A stretch of 64,000 bases of DNA from Mobula hypostoma (taxonomy: Eukaryota). The DNA is taken from positions 6,574,001-6,638,000 of the forward strand of contig NC_086109.1 of the NCBI RefSeq assembly GCF_963921235.1, written 5' to 3'. Positions 1-10,284 of this stretch are shown here, in pieces. Under the pieces are notes generated by a model that saw nothing but the letters and a program-made list of their open reading frames with translations, ran no database searches and was not told the origin of the DNA. Numbering within the stretch: position 1 is the stretch's first letter; each line of letters starts with the position of its first letter. A program made the translations under genes and the position numbers.

Positions 1-1836
1 TCTTCAAGCCCAATATCAGCTCAGTGTTTGGATCAAAGGTGGGTCAATGGAGCTGAGGTACATTTGGTAGCAGAAATCCCGTGGGTATGAATGTAAATAA
101 TAGTTCTCCAATGTAGATATGAATCCTACCCCTCATTGAATGACATTCTCTTAGCAACCTGGGTCAGGACACTTCATCAGGATTGGAAAGAAAGGGGGGG
201 TCGGCCAGTATAACCGGTTTAAGTGTCCCTTTGTGAAACTTAGTCAGCCTTCATCGTACAAGCATTGGAACTCATTTTAACCCTGTCAAGTACATTGCAG
301 TTGCTGAACTAGTCAAATTAAGACCAGTGGTATTTTACAAGGTCTGGATAAATGGCTGTCAATCCAAGAAACACGTGTGAGACTATAGTTAATTGACGGG
401 ATTAAAAAGATGTGGATGATTTAAGAAATTAAAATCGTGAAATGCTGAAATGGAATGGTAATGTTTGTGTCAGTGGACTGGAATGAAGGCACTGCTTACA
501 CACACCGTTGGTCAGAAACTGCTGGAGAACTGATTTATTACAGCGTAGAGGCAGGACACGTAACTCCACACCGAACGATCCATGCAGTCCCGTTCCCGGC
601 TCACTCACTGTTGCTCTGCAAGTCACTCTCCCTCAAGAACCCGAATAATTTTGCAAGTTCTGACTGGTTCATGTCCTGCTCAAACTATCTGGCCCTCAGC
701 AATTTTCCAGAAGCAGATGGACATGTCTTCTGTCTGTGGGGGTTCATGGTCTGTGAACAAGTTGCTGTATTTATGGCACTGTAGTAGGGATTGACCAGAC
801 TTAATTCCACAACTTCAACTTCCTTAATGTCAAAAAAAGCTGATCAATCTTTGCTTTCTTCTTCCTCTGGGGCCTTAGCTCTCAGTGGGGCAAAGGCCAT
901 TGATGACCTCCCGTCTCCATCGTCTAAAGTCGATGGTGTGGTTGGAGTTCATCCATGTTTCTGTAATCACTGCACAAGGGGGACTGGCCTATACGACAAT
1001 CTGCTTTATTAAACATCATCATGTATTAAACTTTAGTTTTTGGGAGGACTTGCAAAAGTGCTGAAATAATTCACGGATCTAATTTTTGAAGTGTGAAATG
1101 GTACTGAATTGTTCGGACTTGGGCCAGGACAGACCCTTCGGCTCACAATGTTGTGCCAACCTTTTAACCTACTCCCCGATCAATCTAGCTTTCCACTCCG
1201 ACATAACCCTTCATTTTTATTTCATCCTAAGAGTCTATTAAATGCCCCTTATGCAAATACCTCAAGCACCACCCCTGGTAGCCTCCTTCCCGCACTCACC
1301 ACTTTCAATGTAAAAAAAATCGTACCTCTGACATCTCCCTGTACTTTCCTGCAACTACCTTAAAATTATGCCCTTACCACCCTGGGAAAAAGGCATTGGC
1401 TGTCCACTCTGTCTATGCCTCTTATCATCCTGTTCCCCTCTATCAAGTCATCTCTCATCTTCCTTCGCTCCAAAGAGAAAAGCCCTGGCTCGCTCAACCT
1501 TTCCTCATAAGACATGCTCTTTAATCCAGGCGGTATTTTGTTAAATCTCCACTGCACCATCTCCAGGCTTCCACATACTTTCTATAATGAGCTGGCTAGA
1601 ACTGAACACAATATTCCAAGTGTGGTCTAGCCAGGGTTTTATAGGGCTGCAACATTACCTCACGGCTCTTGAACTCAATCCCCTGACTAATGAAGGCTAA
1701 CACACCTTCTGCCTTCCTAGCTACCCTGTCAACTTGTGCAACATCTTTTGGGGATCTATGGACTTGGACCCCTAGATCCCTCTGTTCCTGCACACTGCTA
1801 AGAATCACTTCACACTTTTGGATTGAACTCTGTCTG

Positions 1837-3142
1837 TGTCATGGTCTGGATCGGGGTCCCTTTAAATTTACCTTGTTTATGTTACGATCCGGACCGTTGA
1901 TTCCCTGTTTTCTCGTGTCCCTCGACTTTGGTGATTAGAGGCAAATAAGGCTCGGCTGAACCGATAGTTTATAGTCTCCGGCTTTTAGCCGTTCGGCTCG
2001 GGACCGTCTGCAAAGTCATCAAAGGTACGGTGTACCGATGTCATCTGGCCGGAGCAAGCCTAGTCTCTGCCGAAGCGAGTGCCGGTAATTCGCCTCTCCT
2101 CACCGGAGCAACCCTGTCCAGTTACCTCGCCAAAGCGAGCCTGCAAAGTTTTCTCACCGAGGTGGGTCCGTCAGTTAACCCGCCGGAGAGAATCAAGAAC
2201 TGCTGTCTACTGTTTCCGGGCCGAGTCGAGAGCTCGCCACTACCCGGAGGCTCCAAGTCAAGTCCTGGCTCCGGTGGTATTCAAGTGCCAAGTCAAGTCC
2301 TGGTCCTGGCAGCTTCCCAGTTCTGAGTCAAGTCCTGGCCCTGGCGGTCTGTGATTCCTGTCCTACTCCCTTGTCTGAATCCCTTCTCTGCCCCTCTTGC
2401 CTCTAGCCCTTGTCTGCAGCCCCTGCCTGCACTTTGGTCCAGTTCCATCGCCAGAGCTAGATAGGTATTGTCTGGTGTTTATTTGTGTTGGTCTTGTCTT
2501 GTCTTGTTCTTGCCTCTGTGGGGTAAGTCAGGCTGTCTTGCTGTTGCCCTGTGGGTGTCATGTCTTGTCTTGTCCTTGCCTCTGTGGGGTAAGTCAGGCC
2601 GTCTTGCTGTTGCCCTGTGGGGGGGGGGGTCGTGTCTTGTTGTGTCTTGTCCTCGCCTCTGTGGGGTAAGTCAGGCCGTCTTGCTGTTGCCCTGCGGGGG
2701 GGGGGGGTCGTGTCTTGTGTCTTGTCCTCGCCTCCGTGGGGTAGCTCAGGCTGTCTTGCTGTTGCCCAGTGGAGGGTCATGAGTCCTGGCCCTATGTCCT
2801 GTACCCAAGGAGGGGTCCCAGCTCTCTGTTCTGTGTCTGACTATGGTTCTGTGTACCTGCTCTCCTGAGACTGAGGCTCTGTTTTCCATGTTCCTCCTCT
2901 CCCTAGCCCATGTCATGTCCATGCCTGGTTCTGGGTTCCGAGCCTGAAGCAAGACCCAGGTACTGGGTCCCTGCCCAGTCTCTGGCTCGGAGTCCATACC
3001 CTAGTTGTAGTCCTCAGTCTGCTATTCCTACTCCTGCCTTGCTCTCCTGGTATCAAACAATAAACTAAATTTTAATTAATCTCTCAAGATGTGTCTTGCA
3101 TTTGGGTCCACCCTTGCTCCCTATGCCCCTGCCATTGTGACA
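1837..3142 (+). mobile_element. Solo LTR (1306 bp, probably Gypsy/BEL-type)
   Basis: TGTCA...TGACA termini; 5-bp TSD GTCTG at 1832-1836 and 3143-3147; AATAAA at 3059-3064. Confidence 0.85.
2509..2776 (+). repeat. Minisatellite inside the LTR, about 4 copies of a 65-77 bp unit
   Basis: Repeated core GCCTCTGTGGGGTAAGTCAGGC(T/C)GTCTTGCTGTTGCCCTG with variable G-runs. Confidence 0.9.
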
Positions 3143-3693
3143 GTCTGCCACTTCTCAGCCCAGCTCTGCATCCTATCAATGTCCCATTTTACCCTTTGAC
3201 AACCTTCTACACTATCCACACCAACACCAACCTTCATGTCATCTGCAAATTTACAAACCCACCCTTCCACTTCCTCATTCAAGTCATTTATAAGAAACCA
3301 CGAAGACTAGGGGTCCAAGAACAGATCCCTGAGGAACACTGCTGGTCACTGGCCTCCAGGTAAAATATACTCAATCTGCAACCACCCTCTGCCTTCTGTG
3401 GGCATGCCAATTCTTTATCAGCCATGTTTCCCTGGATCCCCTGCCTCCTGACTTTCTGAATGAGCCTAGCACAGGGAACTTTGTCAAATGCCTTACTAAA
3501 ATCCATATATGTCACATTCACTGCTTTACCTTCATCAGTGAGTTTCATTACTTCCTCAAAGACAAGTTGATGAAGCGAGAACAGTGGATGTGGTGTATGT
3601 GGATCTTGGTGAGGCGTTAGTCAAGGCTCTCCATTGAGAAGGTAACTGCTATTGAATTGCAGTACAGTAATAATTTCTCTTCAATCCTCTCAG

Positions 3694-3833
3694 GTTCTCG
3701 GAAATCTTTGCCCCTCAATGTGCCTGAGAGACAGCTGTTCCCACTTCACTGGGCCTCAGACAGACTTGGAAATGAGTTTCCCCCGATAAGAGGATCCCCG
3801 AACTGTGGACCTGGCAGCTACGACACCTTTTCT
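3694..3833 (+). CDS. PIFO: Pitchfork/CIMAP3, first identifiable coding exon (phase 1 to 0)
   Basis: ctctcag|GT...TCT|gtatgt; encodes (G)SRKSLPLNVPERQLFPLHWASDRLGNEFPPIRGSPNCGPGSYDTFS, resembling the recalled PIFO segment RKLFP..PNLIGNKFVPLRGSPNRGPGCY. Confidence 0.85.
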
Positions 3834-4365
3834 GTATGTTCCAGGTGATTATTAAATTTTCCCATCGGTGGCAGTACATAAGTGGGCCAGATGTGGGACT
3901 AACTGGCCACTTTGGTCAGCATGGACCAGTTGGGCCGAATGGACTGTTTCCGTGCTGTGTGACTCCATGACTATGACCAAAGTGAGCAGTGACTGTAGAC
4001 ATGATCACTGAACATGAGAGAGGAAGCTCAACATGCTGCTCTGCCTCATAACCTTTCACCTCAGAAACAGGAGCAGGAGTGACCTTGGCAAAATAGTTTC
4101 TTGGTCACAGAAGGATGGCCAGCCTCTCCCTCCCAGCTGGTCCCTGGCCTGATAACTAAAATACTTTGCATCAGTCTGTCAAGGAAATGTCACTCCTCAA
4201 AGATGATCAACAATACTAGATTAGGGAGAAAATGGCTAATACGAGAGGGCACAACTTTTGAGGTGATTGGAGGAAAGTATGGGAGGATGTCAGAGGCAGT
4301 TTTTCAGAGTGGTGGACCGTCCTACCAGGGGATGGTAGAGGCAGATACTTTAGGGACACCTAAGA

Positions 4366-4895
4366 GAGGTTCCTTAAGGTTGTCATAGCCGGGGCAGAGG
4401 ATGTCAGTGAGGATAAGCTCCCACGGTCTATTAAGTGCTCTCAATGGTGTCTGTCTCAAACAGCCTCTGACAACCAAGGCCAGCTCGGGTCCTTCTCGTG
4501 TGGCTTGGCTACTAGGTCCGCGAAACTGTTCCTACTGAAGGGGCAAAGGCAAAACCAGTCACTTCAGGCAGATGGGGCTCTTCAACCGTGGTTGGCAGCT
4601 GAGCTAGGCGAGGGAAAACTCCGATCTCAAATTTCCACTGCCTTGTGGCCATACCCACTCATGGGGAAGGCTTCCGGAGTAAACCCCGAGGAAAAATCCA
4701 GAGCTGGAGTCTCTAAGGCAGACCTACGTTGAGTTCAACGTTGTGCAAAACCGTGTTGGTCTCTCCCGTTCTTTTGGACTCGTCGGCTGCATGGAGAGGG
4801 GGAGCTTGCTGCACGGGCAACGGATCGTGGGCCTTATTGTACCACCATGGCTTGCGTATTATGTAGAGAGCTAGGATGCACGTCCACAATGGAGA
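4366..4895 (+). repeat. Unclassified ~530-bp interspersed repeat, copy 1, inside a CR1 3' end
   Basis: Collinear with 28800-29380 (shared blocks such as CTCATGGGGAAGG and GGAGTAAACCCC..GGAAAAATC..GAGCTGGAGTC). Confidence 0.7.
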
Positions 4896-5737
4896 GCCTC
4901 AGATAGGTTGATGGTTGATAGAAAACTGGAGGGCTATGTGGGAGGGAAGGATTAGATTGGTTAAATGCTATACCATTCCATGTTCTGTGATCACAAGATG
5001 GGGCACAGAAACAGGCTTTTCAGCCAGACTCATCCTTGCCCGTCTATGCTAATCCCATTTTAACCCAAATCTATTTATTCCTTTCCTGTTTGGAATTGGA
5101 ATATTACTGAGATAAACCACGTTACTGAGACAGTGAAAAGCTTGTCTTGCATACTGTTCATAGAGATCAAATCATTACACAGTGCATTCAGGCAGCGCAG
5201 TAACCGTTGCAGAATAAATAGTACAGTACAGTGAAAATGCTGTACAGGTAAACAATGTGTAAACCCTCCAGGATGGCAGTGCAGAATTGCACCGTATGTT
5301 CTGGGGAAGATGAGTAAACACGGAGAATCCCGACATACGTACAGAGGAATCGGGGCGCCGTAGAATGACGTCAATAAAACCTAGTAACTCAGATCTCTTT
5401 TAAATCTTCCCCCTTTCACTTTAAACCCATGTTTTTTTTTGTTTTAGACCCCTGCGCCTGAAAAAAGGCTGTAACTATCTACCCTATCTCTGATATGCAT
5501 AATTTTATAAATTTACATTCACTCCAAAGAAAACCCAGCATAATTAACACAACACGCAGAAAATGCTGGAGGAACTCCGCAGGCCAGGCAGCATCGATGG
5601 AAAAGAGTACCGACGACCTCGCGGGCCGAAACCCTCTTCAGCAGGACTGGGGAAATAAAAAATGAAGAGCAAAGACCCAGATTTTCTTCTTGTAACCCAA
5701 GCCCTCTAATGCCGGCAACGTCGCAGTAGCTCTTACG

Positions 5738-5810
5738 GTTTCTGTAGTGTAGCGGTTATCACGTTCGCCTCACACGCGAAAGGTCCCCAGTTCGATCCTG
5801 GGCAGAAACA
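5738..5810 (+). tRNA. tRNA-Val(CAC)
   Basis: 73-nt cloverleaf: acceptor GTTTCTG/CAGAAAC, anticodon arm TTCGC-CT CAC AC-GCGAA (CAC at 5771-5773), T arm CCCAG-TTCGATC-CTGGG, discriminator A. Confidence 0.96.
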
Positions 5811-5813
5811 TAA

Positions 5814-5817
5814 TTTT
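5814..5817 (+). terminator. Pol III terminator (TTTT) of tRNA-Val
   Basis: T4 run 3 nt downstream of the tRNA 3' end. Confidence 0.7.
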
Positions 5818-6257
5818 GACTCGTGATTCTGTTTCTCACAGGAGAACGTGTTCCGAACGCTCTCGTTCAGCTGTCCGAAGGGCTTGCAGCAAAAACTAAA
5901 ACTCTGGGAGCAGCACGGTAGCAGTTAGGGTTCACAACTGCCAGCTGTAAAGGTCGGGGTTTAATTTCCTCCGCTGTCGGTAAAGAGTGTACCTTCTCCC
6001 CGTGACTACTCGTGGGTCCCCTCTGGGGTGCTCCAGTTTTCTTCTCTTGGGGTAGTAAGTTGTGAGTATGCGGAAGCACATCGTCGCTGATTTGATTTGA
6101 CACAAGCGATGCATTTCACTGCCTGTTTCGATGTACTTGTGACAAATGAAGTTTATATGTATTTTTTAAAAATCTAGCACTACCACATCCTTTCCCTCAC
6201 TCCAAGTGTGGCTCAGTCAATGTCTTGGGGGAGCTGCAACATGGCGTCCCAAGTCTT

Positions 6258-6425
6258 ACACAAAATGCTGGTGGAGCTCAGCAGGTCAGGCACATCGATG
6301 GAAAGGAGTACAGTCGACGCCCGAAACATCGACGGTACTCTTTTCCACAGATGCTGCCTGCCCTGCTGAATTCCTCCAGCATTCTGTGTGTTCCTTGGAT
6401 TTCCAGCATCTGCAGATTTTCTCGT
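6258..6425. repeat. Fold-back made of two inverted Penelope-like 3' termini
   Basis: ACACAAAATGCTGG...CAGTCGACG joined to CCCGAAACATCGACGG...CCAGCATTCTGTGTGT. Confidence 0.7.
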
Positions 6426-6606
6426 TTGTCGCAAGTCTTAGCTCACTACCTGAAAGGCAAGCGAGCTAAATGTCGCCTTCGCCACTCAGTCTCCCCGTGT
6501 CTGCAGAAACAGATTCGGACTTATTTAGAAGGTTCCTTAGGTCCGGCCTGCATTAAGCCTGTGTTGGAATTAGCGTGTTGATGACCACATTTCCTTTCTT
6601 CTACAG

Positions 6607-6702
6607 CAATACAGTATATCCGGTAACTTGGGAAAGAAGCCAGAGAGTAAAATAGGATATACATTGGGAGCAAGGACGGCGGCTCGATTCTCGCCTGCAG
6701 TA
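6607..6702 (+). CDS. PIFO: Pitchfork/CIMAP3 coding exon (96 nt, phase 0 to 0)
   Basis: ttcttctacag|CAA...GTA|gtaagt; QYSISGNLGKKPESKIGYTLGARTAARFSPAV contains the PIFO GYTLGARTAxRF motif. Confidence 0.9.
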
Positions 6703-8199
6703 GTAAGTGAATGAGCAGAACCAGTAATAATGAGTCCTGACGAAGGGCCTCGGCCCGAAATGTCGCCTGTGTATTCCTCTCCATAAATCACCCTGAGTTC
6801 CTCCAGCATTCTGCCAGTGTTCTTCTGGATTTCCTGCATCTGCAGAATCTCTTCAAAGTTCAAGGCAGATTTCTCATCTGAGTACATCTATTTCACCATA
6901 TGCTATCTTGAGATTCGATTTCTTGTGGACCTTTACAGTAGAACAAAGAAATACTATGATTAGTGAGTAGTTAGTGAAAAACTACACACTAAACAAAGAC
7001 TCACAAGCAAACGAACAGCAGATACCTGGAACAAAAGAAAATCTGCAGATGCTGGAAAACCGAGCAGCACTCTCTCAAAATGCTGGAGGAGCTCAGCAGG
7101 CCAGGCAGCTTTTATGGAAAAAAGTGCAGTTGACGTTTTGGCAGATACCTGGAAATACACCAATTGGAAATCCCCCTCCAAATTACCTATCATCCTGACT
7201 TGGAAACATATCGCCATTCCTTCATTGTCACTGGGTCAAAATCATGGAATTCCTTCCCTACCAGCACTGTGGGTGTACCTACACCTCAGGGACTGCAGCG
7301 GTCCAAGAAGGTAACTCATCACCCACCTTCTCAAGGGCAACTAGGGATGGGCAATAAACGCTGGCTTAGCTGGCAACGCCCACATCCTGTAAATGAATAA
7401 GGACAAAAAAAAGATGTGCAAAAAGAAAAAAAAATCATGCAAATACAAGAACAACTAATAATCAGAACACAAATAAATAATCCTGAGAACATCAGCTGTG
7501 GAGTCCTTGAAAGTGGGTGCATAAATTGTGGAATCAGTTCAATGTTAAGGTGTTGAGTTTTGTGTGTGTTAGGAGTGCTACTTGTGTTCACTGAGAGTCA
7601 GCCTAACCTATTCCACAGCCCCTGTATATAACACTCCAGTGGAGTGCCTAGCAATGCAACAGACCACAAGCACAAACAAGTTTCCCATTGCTGTGGGCAG
7701 TTGGTTTGATGATACCTGGTAAATGCAGGACGTGCGATGTTGAACCCTGCTCCAGAAACTCCATTCCACTGAACAGAACCAAATTCGGGAATTTGGGTGA
7801 ATGGTAATGAGTGGTCTGGAAAATGGCCACCTGTATGTTGCTTTATGACTCCTGCCCCATAATCTGATATTCCAAGTGCCAAAATTAGCTGTGTCAAAAA
7901 TAACAAGAGTTAAGGCTTGATTCCAGCGCTTGCAACAAGTGCGGGCTAGTAAGATCACTGTAGGAACCTGGGAAGAGGAGTTACCCTTCGAGTTCCTTCT
8001 ATCACCCTACCAATTGAACCACACCTGTCCATCTGGGTCCTGCTCTACCTGTGGTTAGCAAAACATACAGTATATTCATTTTGGATTTAAAATTGATAAC
8101 TGACCCAGCAACAATGCAGCTCCAAACTTTTCCTCACTCTTTGTGCTGCTGTTGTGCAAACACCTTTGAATCAGAATCAGATTTTATCACTGACTGACA

Positions 8200-9480
8200 T
8201 TGAATTGACTTTATTTCTTACATCCTTCACATACATGAGGAGTAAAAATCTTTATATTGTCTCTGTCTAAATGTGCAATGTGCAGATTAGTAATTTGTAA
8301 TAAATAGTATTGCAAATAGAATAGTGTTTGTAATAATATAGTAAAATATACAACAGAACAGTCAATATAGCTTAGAAATACAATTCTGTCAGCGTGAATT
8401 AATCAGTCTGATGGCCTGGTGGAAGCAACTGTCCCAGAGACTGTCGGTCCTGGCTTTTATGCTGCAGTGCCGTTTTCCGGATGATAGCAGCTGGAACAGT
8501 TTGTAGTAGGGGTGACTCAGGCCACCAATGATCCTTCAGGCCCTTTTTTATGCACCTGTCACTGTAAATGTCCTGAATAGTGGGAAGTTCACATCCACAC
8601 ATGCGCTGGGCTGTCCGCACCACTCTCTGCAGAGTCCTGCGACTGAGGGAAGTACAACTCCCATACCAGGCAGTCACACAGCCAGTCAGAATGCTCTCAA
8701 TTGTGCCCCAGTAGAAAGTCCTTAGGATTTGGGGTCTCATGCCAAACTTCTTCAACCATCTGAAGTGAAAGAGGCACTGTTGTGCTTTTTGTGACCACAC
8801 AGCTGGTATGTACAGACCAAGTGTGGTCCTTGGTGATGTGTATACTGAGGAACTTGAAGCTGTTCACCTTCTCAACTTCAGATCCATTGATGTCTCCATT
8901 CCTCCTGTAGTCCATAACCAGCTCCTTTGTTTTTGCGACATTGAGGGAGAGGTTGTTTTCTTGACACCACTTCTTCTCTGTAGGTTGCCTCGATATTATT
9001 TGAGATAAGGCCAATCAATGTAGTATCATTTGAAAATTTAATTAGCAGATTGGAGCTGTAGGTGACAATGCAGACATGGGTGTACAGAGTACAGGAGGGG
9101 GCTTAGGACACAGGCCTGGGGGTGGGGCTCCTGTGTTAGAGGGTCAGAGCAACAGAGCTGAGAGAGCCCACTCTTACCACCTGTCAGTGATGACAGGAAG
9201 CGCAGGATCCAGCTACACAAGGCAGGGTGAAGACCAAGGTCTCTGAGCTTCTCGTCAAGCCTGGAAGGAATTATGGTGCTGAATGCTGAACTGTAGTCCA
9301 AGGACAGCATTCTCACATAAGCATTCCTCCTCTCCAGGTGTGTATGTGTGGTGTGTAGAGATGTGGCTATTGCAACATCTGTTGATCGGTTGTGTCTGTG
9401 TCAGTAGGCTAACTGTAGGGGGTCCAGTGTGGTTGGTAGCATGTTGTAGTTGTAGTCCTTGACCAGCCTCTCAAAGCATT
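8200..9480 (-). mobile_element. Rex1/Babar-type LINE RT fragment
   Basis: [67 protein letters not shown]; frameshifted. Confidence 0.85.
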
Positions 9481-9822
9481 TTGACATAAAATGACCATAA
9501 ATTACAAATAAGTAGTGGGGAGAAAGGGATAATGAGATAGTGTTCATGGATGAATGGGCCATTCAGAAATCTAATGGCAGAGGGGAAGACACTTTCTGAA
9601 TCATTGAATGTGGGTCTTCAGGCTCTGTATCTGCTCCCTGATGAGAGGAGGCATGCCCTGGATGGCGAGGGTCCTTAGTGATGGATGCCACCATCTTGGA
9701 CACCCCCTCTTGAAGATGTCCACAATGGTGGAGTGTGTTGAGTGTGTGATTGAGCTGGCTGAGACTACAACCCTCTGCAATTTCTTGCTACTCTCTGTTT
9801 AACATTAATGTGTTCTCTGCAG

Positions 9823-9956
9823 GAGAGCATATCACCTGGCCCAGCAGTATATCAGAAAAGATTTGGAAGAGGTCGTGGTTTCAAACCATCAACTTCACCA
9901 TTTGGTTCCACATCAAAAAGGAATAATGAGAGCTCAAGTAAACTTCAAGTTCCTGG
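9823..9956 (+). CDS. PIFO: Pitchfork/CIMAP3 coding exon (134 nt, phase 0 to 2)
   Basis: ttctctgcag|GAG...CTGG|gtatgt; ESISPGPAVYQKRFGRGRGFKPSTSPFGSTSKRNNESSSKLQVP(G); PGP-type repeat; phases fit both flanking exons. Confidence 0.85.
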
Positions 9957-10284
9957 GTATGTAAATCTCTGTCACAATTGTTAATTGGTAATTGGTTAAT
10001 TACTGTCACATGTACAGAGATCCAGTGAATCCCACCCAGACAGATCATTCCACAGTACATGGAGGCACTACAAAAAGAATACAAAACAGACTGTTTTACA
10101 TATAGTGTTACACTTACAGAGAGAGTGCACTGCAGGTAGACAATAAGGTTAACAAGGTAGAAGGAGGTTAAGCAGAATCAGTTTTAATATCACCAATTTA
10201 TGTAGAGAAATTTGTTGTCTTTGCAGCTGCAGTACAATACAATACATAATAGAGAAAAATAAACTTAATTACAATCAGTATGTA

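Larger units (their letters stand above)
1107..3560 (-). mobile_element. 5'-truncated CR1 LINE, split by a solo LTR
   Basis: RT peptides DEGKAVNVTYMDFSKAFDKVP, DLGVQVHRS..RPHLEYCVQF and SYEERL..LFSLERR; sequence is collinear across the LTR insertion. Confidence 0.85.

Noticed and set aside
1..1100. First PIFO exon or another gene in the unique 5' sequence
   Set aside because: No ATG-initiated exon with a convincing phase-1 donor was found, and the short ORFs resemble nothing recognisable
2509..2776. CRISPR-like repeat/spacer appearance and overlapping repetitive ORFs
   Set aside because: Units are contiguous tandem repeats inside an LTR with no unique spacers, the context is eukaryotic, and the ORFs are repeat artefacts
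7598..7958. ORFs 7598-7906 and 7608-7958 as a host gene
   Set aside because: No recognisable family or splice structure; NFGTWNIR suggests at most a decayed RTE endonuclease start
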